From contig NC_068984.1 of the NCBI RefSeq assembly GCF_001194135.2, positions 20,869,117 through 20,933,116 of the forward strand: a stretch of 64,000 nt of DNA, in the 5' to 3' direction. The DNA is from Octopus bimaculoides (lineage: Eukaryota). Positions 42,058 through 55,299 of this stretch are shown one piece after another. Numbering within the stretch: position 1 is the first letter of the stretch; the number at the start of each line of letters is the position of its first letter. A model generated the notes under the pieces. The model saw nothing but the letters and a program-made list of their open reading frames with translations. It searched no databases and was not told the DNA's origin. Position numbers and translations under genes: made by a program.

Positions 42058-42413
42058 TGCACTATGTAAAGTTTTTCAAACACTACATTCTGCACAAATA
42101 AATCTGATATAGAACCTCGAGCACATACATACATAATACACACATACACACATACATACATACATACATACATACATACGTACCTAAATACATACATACA
42201 TACATACACTCGCGACATCTGGACGATCTGTAAATGTTAGAATTAACCAAAAAGAACAACTTACACGAACTTTACAGATGCAATCTGTAACTGGAACAGT
42301 GAAAATATGCAAGATTTACTGAAAGTTCGATAAGTAGCTATTATTGTCATTGTTATTCAAATTCCAACGACAGTTTCTTAGAAACCAGTTCCCTGCTTTT
42401 AAGAAAAAACATT

Positions 42414-43172
42414 GGATCTTTGGGGTTTGACGGGCAACATTTGTTTTCTTAACGAAACACTTTCAAACTTGGGACACTGATAGAATGTGTCATATAAAAC
42501 AACTTCTTCTCTTATACATCGCACGTTATTTCATGTTAAAGTTATCGTATTTCTGTAATTTCAACCAATCACTGACGTCTATTCAGCTGAATACAGTTAC
42601 TGCTGATCGGTGTCAAGTGTGTTATTCCCTGTTTAATTATATCATTATTCCCTAGTAAGGGTTTAGGGTTTTAGGGTTAGGGTTCGGGTTTTAGGGTTAG
42701 GGTTTTAGGGTTAGGGTTGGGGTTAGGGTTGGGGTTAGGGTTAGGGTTAGGGTTATGGTTATGAGTTATAGGGTTAGAGTTAAGGTTATGGCAAAAATAA
42801 TCATAACCCTAACCGTAATCCTAAAACTAACCCTAANNNNNNNNNNNNNNNNNNNNNNNNNNNNNNNNNNNNNNNNNNNNNNNNNNNNNNNNNNNNNNNA
42901 CGGGTAGTTGTTGTTGACAAACAACGGGACTAATTTTATTCAAGGGAAAAGATCCCATGACACCGTTACGGCATTAATTGTTTTCATCTCAATAGACGTC
43001 AGTGATTGGTTGAAATTACCGAAATACGACAATTTTTTACATAAAATAACTTCGAATACAAAATTTATTATCTGTTCTATACCACAAAATATACAAATAT
43101 TCGAAGTTTGAAAGTGTTTCGGTACCAAAAACACTACAAAAAAAATTGTTGCCCGTCAAACCCCAAAGATCC
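42414..43172. mobile_element. Non-autonomous DNA transposon (MITE), 26-bp TIR, 8-bp TSD AAAACATT, Merlin-like; internal TTAGGG/CCCTAA tracts
   Basis: TIR GGATCTTTGGGGTTTGACGGGCAACA at 42414-42439 and inverted at 43147-43172; AAAACATT at 42406-42413 and 43173-43180; small N gap inside. Confidence 0.85.
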
Positions 43173-44629
43173 AAAACATTAATGAATTTTTAAGAAACTG
43201 AAAGCATACATATATAATTATTGGTGCACTCGGGATTGTTAGCAAACGTCTAGTGCCAATCTGGAAAAGGTAGGATTTACAGGCAAATGAAGAATAAATA
43301 AATAAATAAAATAAATAAATAAAAGGGACTGGTTAGCCTGCACTTTACAAGTCAATTTGCAAATGGAACGGTAAAAATATGCAAAAATTTTCAACATGTG
43401 ACATTTAACGCTGTTGTATTGCAAATTCCGGGATGAAGATATACATACAGATGTACATATATAGCACTTAAATACTAAAGAGACATGTACACAGTGCAGG
43501 TGCAAACCCTGAAAACTGTTTTGTTTTCACTTTGTTAGTGAATGACTTGTAACTCTATTAAGAACTTAAATAAATCTCGAAGAAAAGCATTCTTTCACAC
43601 AAATACATACACATACTTATCCCCACTTAAACGTGGATGTCCCGTTAGAACAAACTATACTGTGGTAGGTGCAATGGAAGAAAGTCTCATGTTGACTTTT
43701 AGTGTAAAATGTACTCTTGTTTATATCGCTAGCGGTCGAGCGTCCATCACTGATAAAACCAAAGAAGGTCGAAATAACGTGATTTGGTGTCTCGGTGCAG
43801 GAGATGTACATACACACATACATACATACATGCATACATACATACATACATAATACATACATGCATACATACATACATACATACATACATACATGCAGAC
43901 AGACAGACAGACAGACAGACATATATACATACATACACTTACGAGCAAGAAGGATCATTTACACGCCACCATCCGAAACAAAATATTGGACTGTTTGTTG
44001 AATTGTTGTTGGTTTAGGACTGCTTCCCCTAGTTATATGTATCATCTAGATTCCACACTCACAACACAGTATTCACGTTAACATTGTTTAGCCACATAGG
44101 TCCACCCTAATCGGGTAAACCTATAATAAAATACGTCCAAACCGTAACCATCACATATTTTTGTATATTCAGATCTCGATTGTTCAATGTGCTATTTCTT
44201 TTGTAAGATTTTTTCTCAGAAAAGTATTTTGCTATTTTTAGCAGTTGTCACTTGTTTGTTTAGCCTCAGATCACCCCAAATCAAAGGTTATTCCAGTTGT
44301 GGGCATCCTGTCATTATAGAAATATATAGGACTACGCTGACTATTATGACCTTCTTTATTGGAAGAAAAATATGATGATTTCATGAGTACTTTTTGCAGA
44401 TTGGGCAAGCCGGTTGCGGAACCTACACTGGCTTGACGTTTATGGAACTGACGATATTAATGCTACCTGATTTGGCAGTGACGTGGTTTTGGCAGCCCTG
44501 TGCGGTAGCCAAATTGGCCGCTTCCTTAAACGTAACATACTTTCAACAAAATCAAACGTGCGTTTATAATAAACCGGACACCGGTTGACCTTAACCAGTT
44601 GAGCATGTCCCTTAGTAGTTAACGATATG

Positions 44630-46305
44630 TTCATCTATGATTCCTTTTCAGTTGATGCCAAGAACATGTTTTCCAATGGCTATTGTGAATCCATATCACT
44701 ATTCAACAAGGCCAAAGACATAATCATTGTTGGTCTTTACAGGCCTCCCCAAGCACCTCTAAAGTGCTCTGAAGAGTGCCTCAACAAAATCAATTCCTTC
44801 CTTCAAAAATACAACTCCGGAAACATACTAGTGATGGGTGATTTTAACCTCCCTCATATAAACTGGCCCATAAATACTCTGAAGTTAGGCAAATGCTCTA
44901 CACCTGACAAAGCAGCAGCAGAATTACTCTTTAATCTGCTGGATGATTTTTTCCTGACTCAGCTAGTGCTAGAACCAACAAGACAGAATAAAACGACCTT
45001 GGATCTAATATTAACCAACCACTCTAGCTCCGTTCACAGTATTTCAGTTGAAAAAACTCTCCTCTCAGACCACGACATAATACTCTGCAACTTTAATTTC
45101 TGGTATACCAAAACCAAACCAGCCAATCGCACTCCATTGCACTTATTTGACAAGATAAACTGCCACAAAGCGGACTGGGGAGCAATCAGAAAGAATCTGT
45201 CCTTGATCGATTGATCCTTCACTTTCAGTTCCACTGACATTGAGACCGCACGGCAGCACTTTGAGGACATTGTCACCTTATACATGCTCAAAACACGCTG
45301 TTACGAAATCCACTAACACAAACAGAAACCGGCTCCCTAGAACGAAGAAAAATACTCATCAGGCGCATCAAAAGACTTAATTAAAAAAAATCAACTAATT
45401 AAAATACTCCCACGTACAACATCCACATTCAACAACAATGAAAAGGCTAGAGTTGGAAAAACTTCATCTGCAGACCGACATGAAAACCTCCATTGAAAAT
45501 CAAAGAGCTGCAAAGGAACAGTGGGTAATCAAAAAAATCGAACAGAACCCAAAAGTGTTCTATTCGATGATAGCGGCATTCCCCAACACGATGCTAAAGA
45601 AATGGCAGAAGTACTGCAGAAACAATACTGCTCTGTCTTTAGTGACCCCACTGATATTGACGTAAGGGAAGCGAACGAAGTTGATTCCCACATGAAATCT
45701 CGGACATAACCTTCACTGCCTCAGACATCACAGCAGCAATAAATGAGGTCAAATACTATTCTGCTGTAGGTCCTAATAGATTCCCCGCTAGTCCCCTGAA
45801 AGAATGTAGACACCAACTTACAGTCCCTCTGACCAACCTTTGGAGAAATTCTTAAGACTCAGCTCCTACCCAGTCTGTCATTCCGGTTTTCAAACAGGGA
45901 AACAGATCCCTCGCAGTCAACTATCGCCTAATCTCATTCACCTCCCACATCATTAAAGTGTTTGAAAGAGTGGTAAGATCAAGGACAGCTGGCTTCCTGG
46001 AGATCCACAAACTCCTAAATTTAAACCAGCATGGCTTTTGTTGTGGCAGGGACTGTCTAACACAGCTCTTACGCCAACCACATCGATGATATACTTAAAG
46101 CCTTGGGAACAGGTTCAAACTCTGAAGTCTTATATCTTGACTTCAGTAAAGCGTTCGACAAAGTTGACCATAGTATCTTACTCTCAAAATTGGCAAATGC
46201 TGGAATCCGTATAGAACACTTCTGCATTGGATTCAGTATTTCCTGGCGAACAGAACACATGTTGTGGTCGATGGAGTCGCCACATTTAAACTCAACATTT
46301 AAACA
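44630..46305 (+). pseudogene. CR1/L2-type LINE ORF2 fragment (APE endonuclease plus N-terminal RT), frameshifted and truncated
   Basis: YRPP, GDFNLP, LDLILTN, SDH APE motifs in ORF 44627-45214; downstream IPVFKQG..NYRLIS..QHGF and YLDFSKAFDKVDH. Confidence 0.9.
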
Positions 46306-46355
46306 TACTAATCTAATTATACGTATTTATCTAGATTTATTATTATTATTATTAC

Positions 46356-46427
<72 letters not shown>

Positions 46428-46436
46428 AACAATAAC

Positions 46437-46499
<63 letters not shown>

Positions 46500-46547
46500 T
46501 TTAGTCAAATACGTATAATTAGATTAGTGTGTTTAATTGTTGAGTTT

Positions 46548-46640
46548 AAATGGCCCAGTGGTTAGGGGCAGCGGACTCGCGTTCGGAGGATTGCGGTTTC
46601 GATTCCCAGACCGGGTGTTGTGTGTGTTTATTGAGCGAGA
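46548..46640 (+). mobile_element. tRNA-derived SINE head (not a tRNA gene)
   Basis: TGGCCCAGTGG A-box and GGTTTCGATTCCC B-box, no acceptor stem closure, runs into GTTGTGTGTG body sequence. Confidence 0.65.
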
Positions 46641-46936
46641 ACATACACGTACGTGTGTATGTATACATGTATGTATGTGTGTGTGTATATATGCACGAAC
46701 ACGACAATACTTGCCTAAGTATTAATCTTCCTTTCACCTTCTACTCTCTTTTTCTTCTAAGTAGTTACGACAGCGAAAGCTGATTACGTCATTTTATCTA
46801 AACTTGAACGTATGCTTTCTATGCTCATATTTTTGCGTTTATCATATTTTCTGCTTTTATTCATTCTTGAACTTGATGGGCATATAACAGCAAGTCAGCA
46901 GACATTAAAAATCTCTAGTGAGACTTCTTTATCAAT

Positions 46937-46981
46937 GTACCTGAAGAGACCCAGACTGATGGGTCGAAATATATGTTGTAT
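46937..46981 (+). ncRNA. Minimal type I hammerhead ribozyme motif (slightly decayed)
   Basis: GUAC-CUGAAGA-GACCC-agacugau-GGGUC-GAAA-UAUAUG-UU-GUAU: intact core boxes, 5-bp stem II, 4-bp stem I with one G.U; the sister copy has C at the first stem III position, implying CAUAUG. Confidence 0.65.
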
Positions 46982-47028
46982 CTAATAAAAAGTCTAATAC
47001 GAAATCTCTCTCCTACTATTAATTAATA

Positions 47029-47062
<34 letters not shown>

Positions 47063-47315
47063 TCTATGAAACAGACCATGTACAAATTCGTTCTTCACAA
47101 CATCTGGAACTGCTTTCAGATATGATCCATCCCATTCTTATAAAAATGATAATTCTGTCCAAATTGATGTGCTCAACTCAAATTATTGTTTATGCAAAAC
47201 TTTAATATTTACTCCACAAATGCTTTGTCGTTAATGCTGCACTTTCCTGTATCACTTGTTTCAACATGAATGTAATACACACACACACACAAACACACAA
47301 ATTATGCCTTTTTAA

Positions 47316-47344
47316 CCCCGAGCAACGCCGGGTATCTCTGCTAG
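47316..47344 (+). mobile_element. Helitron-like 3' terminus
   Basis: Hairpin CCCG-agcaacgc-CGGG followed 8 nt later by CTAG and then T; matching 5' end not identified. Confidence 0.5.
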
Positions 47345-47871
47345 TTTTATTTAAACTTGAACGTATGCTTTCCACGTTCATATTTGAATTTTTTGCGTTT
47401 CTATAATATTTTTTTGCTTTTATTCATTCTCAAACTTGATGAGCATATAACAAGCCAGCTGATGTTAAAATCTGTTGTGAGATTTCTTTATCAATGTACC
47501 TGAAAAGACCCAGACTGATAGGTCGAAACATACGAAATCCATCTCCTACTATTTATTAATACTATATATATACATATATACATATATACATCTATGAGTG
47601 CATGTCCTTGTGTCCGTGTTTGACTCCCATCACCGCTTGACAACTGGTGTTGATGTGTTTACATCCCAGTAACTTAGCGGTTCGGCATAAGATACCGATA
47701 GAATAAGTACTATGCTTAAGGAATAAGTCCTCGGATCAATTTGTTCAATTAAAACCCTTCAAGGCAGTGCTGCAGTATGGCCGCAGCCAAATGACTGAAA
47801 CAATTAAAAAATAAAACAATCATAGAACATGTGTGTGTATGTGTGTGTGTGTAAATATATATATATATATA

Positions 47872-48237
47872 TATAAAGAGAGAGAGAAAGATAAAGAGAC
47901 CAATGGCAAAGTTAGAAATATATTTTATGGATAAAGTCTTACAGCTGTTTCAGGGAAAATCCAATGTATCCCTTCATCGGAGACGGTAATAGTAGAGGAA
48001 TAGATTATTACATCTATAAGAGGAGATTTGTAGTAAGAAGTGAGAGCGATGCGCTGAAAAAAGAACAAAGAAGAAACAGTACTTGGAGCGTAGCTTTTGC
48101 TTGTAATAATCTATTCTACTATTACCGTCTCCGATTAAGGGATACATTGGATTTTCCCTGAAACAGCTGTAAGACTTTATCCATAAAATATATTTCTAAC
48201 TTTGCCATTGGTCTCTTTATCTTTTTCTCTCTTTATA
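47872..48237. repeat. Near-perfect ~135-bp inverted repeat with 89-bp spacer, each arm carrying a hammerhead-like motif
   Basis: 47872-48012 vs 48102-48237, only a few differences; motif at 47936-47984(-) and 48127-48175(+). Confidence 0.9.
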
Positions 48238-48593
48238 CATACACACGCTAATACACGACAGGCGCAAGACTAGCCGGTATATAGCACTTACTCGGTATTA
48301 CCTGTATCTTTGGGTTTGGTTGAATCCAATACCCTTCATAACCTATATATATGTATATACANNNNNNNNNNNNNNNNNNNNNNNNNNNNNNNNNNNNNNN
48401 NNNNNNNNNNNNNNNNNNNNNNNNNNNNNNNNNNNNNNNNNNNNNNNNNNNNNNNNNNNNNNNTATATATATATATATATATATGTAAGGATTTTTAATC
48501 CAATGTATTATATTGTACGTATGAATTTGCTTCGAGACACATACTTCTCACAAACGTTTATACGTAGATATAACACGCGCATGCGCGCGCTTC

Positions 48594-48657
<64 letters not shown>

Positions 48658-48967
48658 ATAGATATAAGGAAATGGAGTAAAAAAAGAGGGACAGTAGAGT
48701 ATATAAAATGTTGTGAGTCATTTGCGTGTTAGAGTCCGTTGCTTGACCTTTCGTGATCAGAGCTATGTATCAATAGGTGATCAGGTCTATTGACCTTTCT
48801 TCAGATTGATCAGTGGTACCTGTTCCCGACAGCTAAGTGCCCAGAAACATAACAAAACACCATTAACGGATTTGAACACACAATCCACAAATGCCTGGGC
48901 CAATAAGGAACCTATTCGGCCTTTTTCCTTCACCCTTCTACATGCACACATACACATTCACAAGCAC

Positions 48968-49021
<54 letters not shown>

Positions 49022-50641
49022 ATCTTTTTACAGTCTATTTATACATATACATTCATAAATCCATGTGTGTGTGTGTGTGTGTGTGTGTTTATGCAAATAG
49101 ACATAAATATAGATATACATACTCATAACCCTAAATATAGATATATGTGAAAATACATTTACATATACGTACATAAGTATATGTGCAAAGCATATATGTG
49201 TGCATATATGTACCTGTTTGCATATATGTCTGTGTAATGCATGTTTATGTAGGTCTGTGTGCGTGTGAGTTGAAATTTATGTATGTTTTTCTCCATGCTA
49301 ATCTTGAGTCTACTCCATTACAAATATTTGAACCAGGTATCCGACTTGAGGAGAACATGATATGTAGGTAACTTCTTCCTGCTGCAAAACTCTGTAGTAA
49401 TTTGACTCGCTAAAAATAGAAACTAAATGCTCCTCAATTTACGCCCTGTCGCCTTAAAACAAGGACACATTTGATAATGCCATAGATAGACAAAGTCACG
49501 GCTGTTATACCTTTAATGTTAGGTTTGCATGATCAGAGTAGATTTCTTGTGAACTTCCTCACAAAACAATTGCATACTTAATCCGCTAGAAATAACAGCC
49601 AAATTTCCTTCAGCCTGCTAGAAATACCACTCAACTTACTATTCCATCTGCTAGATATAACATCCAATTTTCTTTAAATCAAACCCTACCGTTTATGATG
49701 CTAACTACAGTTAGAAAGTATTGCATAAGATACGTAAAATCTGGAAAAAAAGTACGGGATGGTCATGACTGAGATGGTTGTGGTCATTGGTTTACTGCCA
49801 CATAAGTCCAGTAGAAGTCAAGTGGGCTGCTTTCTGTTTTTGGCAATCATCCCACCTCACCGTATTTGATAAGCAATGTGATTTCTTCTTTTCTCAATCT
49901 AAGTAAACATACATACACTGACGAACATAAACAACTTCATATACATATATGCACATATGCACATACACTCTCTCTCATTAATACACTTACACAGACACAT
50001 ACACACATATAGCCAGGCTCACACGAAACGAAACTCCGACAAGTATATATATATATATCAATAAAATAATTATCAACATGAAACTAGTCCTGGGATCAAT
50101 GTGATAAACCAAAACTCTTCTGATAGAAAAAAAATCTGACCCCAAAGAGTTTACTCTCAATTATTTGACTGCAGTCGGTAAGATAATTCTGGGATAGACT
50201 CAGTGTGATACAAGTGTAACGAGGCAGGTCCTTAAGTCATAAGCACCATCCATTCGACAGGTTCTATTTGGAACCTTCCTTGGAGATCGTATACTCTTTC
50301 CTTTGTTCCACGGAAAAATACACTATTAATTACTTACTTAATAGGTGGTGAACTGGTGGGACAGAATGCTTAGTGGCATTTTCTCTAGTCCTTTACGTCC
50401 TGAGTTCAAATCCTGCCAAGATCAGCTGTGACTTTCGTCTCTTTGAAGTCGATAAAATGAAATATCTGTCTAGTACTGGGGTTGGTATAATCGACTTGTC
50501 CCTTCCCCTCAAAATTGCTGGCCTTGAATTTTGCAATGAGCCAGCGTCTCGTTCAGAGGGAATGTGATCTCAGTCACTTATAATTCATAGAAACTGAGTA
50601 ACCGGCCTTGGGAGTTCTAGAGCTTAATGATAATAGTAATA

Positions 50642-50682
<41 letters not shown>

Positions 50683-50689
50683 AATAATA

Positions 50690-51150
50690 ATAATGAAAAA
50701 GATGGGCTACAACAAATATACTGCTCAATACCACAGAGTTGCTTGACTATAACCTGTTGAGCATATCTCTTATTGACTGACGATATGTGCATCTCTGATC
50801 ACGAGCAGAAGTAGCTGGGGAGCATCATTGCAATGTGTTCAGAGGAATGCTTTGGCGTTTGAATAATTCACCTCTGAAAACATGGGTGTTTCGTTTACAT
50901 TCTTAAACAACCCTTATTCAGGGACCTTTTGAGTAGGATAGGCTACTCGATCTGTAGAAAATTCTAACTGGGCTCCACCTGCAAGGTCATGAACTGTTTA
51001 TCTTGATATGAAATCACCATATTATGCGCATATAGTTGTGATGCACGTACCTGGTGTCATCTTATCAGACGGGTAGTCATGATGGGTATACTGGACTTCG
51101 TATATTTTACCCCAGTGTCACTTTGATGGAATGCGTTGCTCTCTCGCTCA

Positions 51151-51217
<67 letters not shown>

Positions 51218-51220
51218 GCT
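50690..51220 (+). repeat. Interspersed repeat family (GAGCATGTCCCTTAGT...GATATGTGCATCTCTGATC) ending in (AAT)n
   Basis: Homologous segments at ~44580-44630 and 58840-59040(-); the (AAT)n tail suggests a retroposed element. Confidence 0.55.
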
Positions 51221-51957
51221 TTATAATCCCCAATAATATTATGCAAATTAATATTTTGATTGTTAAATGATGTTAGGTAGAAGCCTTTACAAGTAATACT
51301 TTGTCATTGGGGAGATTGAAGTCGTTGATGCTCATTTTAAGCATCTGAAGGTCGGTGTCTGCAGGGAAAAAGGTAGGCGGTGAGGAAATTCCAGAGATTC
51401 GTGGTTATTGTAGCGGAGTGATGGCTGTTATGGTGATGGCTGTTATGGTGATGGTTGGTGTTGTGGCTATAGTAGTTGCTAGTAATAGTTGTGGTGATGG
51501 TGGTAATGGTTGTGATGGTGGCGATAGTTGTGATGGTGGTGGTGATTGCTGATGTGGTGTTGTAGTTGGTGGTTATTGGGGTAGTTGGGTAATAGTTGTG
51601 CTGGTCACCGGCAGTGGTAGTGATTGTGTTGGCGGTGGTTATGGTGGTCGCTATGGTAATAACCGTTAGTTGCGGTTGATGTGTTAGTAGGGTGTTGGCG
51701 GTGGTGAAAATTGTTATATTTGTTCTGGCTGTTATTGTTTAGTCGTTGGTCATCTCTGATCGTGCAGACTTAAGATCAAAGGCATTCCAGTCGTAACCAT
51801 CCCGTATTTTACTTATGTGTCGATAATCCAGTTCATTCTCGTCATTGTTTCTTCTAGGGTGGGTGGGGTGTGATTTGAGTGAGATTTGGTTGCTATTTCG
51901 AGCGGGTAGTCAGTTTCTGGTGAAGATCTACGTTGTGATTGTGGTTGTTGGTGGTGA

Positions 51958-52018
<61 letters not shown>

Positions 52019-52021
52019 CGT

Positions 52022-52088
<67 letters not shown>

Positions 52089-52624
52089 ATGGTGGTGGTG
52101 ATGGTTGCGGTGGAAGTAGTCGTAGAAATGGTGGTGGGGTGCTTGAGGTGGTAGTATAAGTAGTGATGGTGATAGTAATAGCAGCAACAGCAGTAATAGT
52201 AGTGGTTGTAGTGGGAGTGGTGATAGTGGTGGTGGTGGTGGTGGCGGCAGCGGCGTATTCTTATTTTGGTAGAATTCTTTTTGTATTTATACGAATCAAC
52301 TAGTGAGAAAGTAAGTCACGTGACGAAAACTTGGTTTGTGAAGTCAGAAAAAGAATGAATGACGGGAGATAAAGAAAGAAAGAAAGAAAGAAAGAGATAG
52401 AGTGAGAGAAAGTATGAGGACGTTAACCGAGAAAAGAAATCAGTCAGTAATAAAACAATATGGAAAGAAAAAGGAGAGGAAGAAAAAGAGAGGTAAATGA
52501 GGAAGAGAAGAAGAAAAAAACCGTAAATAAGTATGAAAGTAATTTAAAGCGATATAAAAGTTTTAGAGAAAACCACAGAAAAAGAAGAATGAGAGAAAGA
52601 GTGGGGAGAGAGGGAGGAGACTGA

Positions 52625-52656
<32 letters not shown>

Positions 52657-53176
52657 ATGGTTGAAGGAAGATATATAGAAAGATGTTAGCAACAGTGTGT
52701 TGAAAGGAAGTGGATACAGTGAAACACCTACAAAGAGATTATTCAAATGAGTCACGCGTTATCGTACGTGAACGTAAACGACGAAGCTAAGCTTGGAATT
52801 CATTGAGAAATCTCGCCTGTTACAACTATTATCAGTTTGCCTTACCCTTACTTCACCCTCTTTGTTTGTCTTCAATATGCGAGTTTCACCTTCTCTTTGC
52901 CTACTCCTTGACATTTCTTCTTCCTCCTATCTCTATCCTTGACTCATTTTTTTTTTAGTTACATTCCCACTTATACTTTTATTACACTAAAATTTCATGT
53001 CATCTCCTTTCCTACTTCACTATATCTTTATCTCTATAAATACTAGCATGTCAAGCACCGTAGATTAGTGGTAAGACCACCGGCGAATCGGCAGTCAGCC
53101 AAGTTCGGTTCTTAGGATAGCTATTTCTGCTTCATTCAATTCTTGTATACCTGAAATTTTGGTCTTGGTTTTGGCT

Positions 53177-53253
<77 letters not shown>

Positions 53254-53410
53254 GGAGGAACTACACCAGATTGATTTAATTGCGGAAATGAATGGAATTT
53301 TCAACGGTGATCTCTTACCGCATTCATATTTGTAAGATATTTGATTTCTCAATTAAGCAAAATGCTACAAACTGTTGGTTAAATAGAATTCAGGACTTGA
53401 CTGGTTTTAG

Positions 53411-53547
53411 TTATTTGACAACGAAAGCATCAACAAGACATTTTCTCTGACAATCTACCGATTCTACCAACGAGAACAGTTGTCTTGGAAAGAAGGTCAA
53501 TATGATGAGATCATTGATGTGGAAAATTTGAAAATTACTATAGATAG
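53411..53547 (+). CDS. Weak candidate exon
   Basis: TTTTAG|...AG|GTGATA around an open frame LFDNESINKTFSLTIYRFYQREQLSWKEGQYDEIIDVENLKITID; weak splice signals, no recognised homology. Confidence 0.2.
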
Positions 53548-54989
53548 GTGATATTTTCTAGCCTAGGCCACAGTCAATTACATCGGACCCATGTTAATTA
53601 CAAAGGCATTATAGATTTATCTATGTTAGAAAAAAAAACCCCCAAAAAAACTGGAGCAGAGAGATCAAGGCAAATTCTTTTGCCCTCTTGCTATAATGGA
53701 CCATAGAACATATCAATAGATTTACTAACCAACATTGCGTGTTAGAACAATTGTAAACAATGCGTCTGTATATGCTTGTGGTTATAACAAGAAGGAACAG
53801 CTATACGTACGTTTCGACTGGATTGCGACCATGTTAGGCTACCGTCTTCAAAAGACGGTACCCCTGCATGGCCACAGATCAATGGCAGGTTTAGTCGATC
53901 AAATCTATCATAGTACTTATTTTAAATCTGGTATTTGATCTGTTGGACTCTTTTGATGGACAACTAAATTACGGGGACGTAAGCAAACCATCACCGGTTG
54001 TCAAGCAGTGAGAGACAAGCACAAGCACACGCACACAGACATGTGCTTGACGGGCTACGGGCTACTCGCAGTTCCTTTCATATTCACGCGAGGCATTAGA
54101 TAGCCCGAGACTATAGTAAAAGACACTTACCCAATGTGCCTCGCCGTGGGACTGTGCCTAAAAACACGTGAATGCGAGCGAACTTCTTAACCACAAAGTC
54201 ATACCTGCATCCATGATATCTACAGTTTGAAATGTCTTATTTAATCGTCATTACAATGTTAGGTTTGTCTGGAAATTCGATTCTCTTTTCTTTAGTGCGT
54301 CGGACAAAAGTGCTTAGTAGCATTTCTTTCGGCTCTTTACGTTCTGAGTTCAAATTTTGCCTAAGTCGATCTTACCTTTCACCCTTTTGGGGTTGATAAA
54401 ATAAGTACAAGTTGAGCAGTGGGGTCGATATATTCGACTTACTCCTTCCTCTAAAATAGCTGGCTTTTTGCCAAAATTTGATACCAATATTTACATCGAC
54501 AGCTTCATTTATATGTTCTGAGAATTGTTTCAGAACTAATGGAGTTCCGTTAGAAATTATAAGTAGGTTTGAATTTCTGAAGAATGTAACAAATGATTCT
54601 ATTAACAAATGTAGATAGAATGGCGGAATTTGTAGCATGTTGGTACGATAATTTGCAAACTGACTGACTGATTTTTGTTAAGCTCGAATGTGGTTATCGT
54701 AGCAACACCGTGGCGAATTGTCACAGTCTTTAGAATATCGGACGAAAAAACTTACGATATCTATTCACCTATTCTTATGCTCTGACATAAAATCCTGCCG
54801 AGGCTAGCTTTTCCCTTCATCCTTCCGAGATCGATTAATAAGATATCAGTTTAAGGTAGTGAACTGGTGAAATCGTCCAGAGTGTCTGACCGGTAGCTTT
54901 GCGGTATTTGTTTCAGCTTCTTGCGTGTCAAATTCCGCAGTGGTCTAATTATTACTTAGGCTCGTCCAGGCTGATTGGCAGAGATAGTG

Positions 54990-55230
54990 TAGATTGCTTT
55001 TATATTTGTAGCCTTGAGTAATGTGAATATATCTGGATGTTCAGGGAACTATACGGGTTTGAACTAACTGCGGCAACTAACTGCGCTCGTATGAAGCTGT
55101 GTGTATTTTGCATAGGTACGAAGAGAATGTGTAGATAGAGCATGAACAGAAGGGGTGAAACTGCGGATCTTTGTTGTACTCCTTTCGAGAAATTAGAGGT
55201 TCTTGAAGTGTTTTTCATCTACACTCATAG
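54990..55230 (-). pseudogene. Short LINE RT fragment
   Basis: KGVQQRSAVSPLLFMLYL resembles the GVxQGSxLSPLLF RT motif. Confidence 0.45.
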
Positions 55231-55299
55231 GCTTGGCGATCTGATAGTTAATTTGGTAGCCACTGTTTTGTTATTTCTTCCTCGGTGAAAGGAGAGCGT

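Larger units (their letters stand above)
46792..47563 (+). repeat. Two diverged ~230-bp direct repeats (46792-47030, 47345-47563), each with a hammerhead motif
   Basis: Shared AAACTTGAACGTATGCTTT...TCAATGTACCTGAA(G/A)AGACCCAGACTGAT(G/A)GGTCGAAA...CTCCTACTATT. Confidence 0.85.

Noticed and set aside
42659-42836. TTAGGG array as a chromosome end or fusion site
   Set aside because: Lies inside a TIR/TSD-bounded MITE and is short and degenerate.
46548-46625. tRNA-like sequence
   Set aside because: Has A and B boxes but no acceptor stem pairing and continues into a SINE body.
53800-53860. Minus-strand GTCGAAACGTACGTA half-hammerhead next to hairpin TACCGTCTT-caa-AAGACGGTA
   Set aside because: No valid CUGANGA in register with stem II and no stem I.
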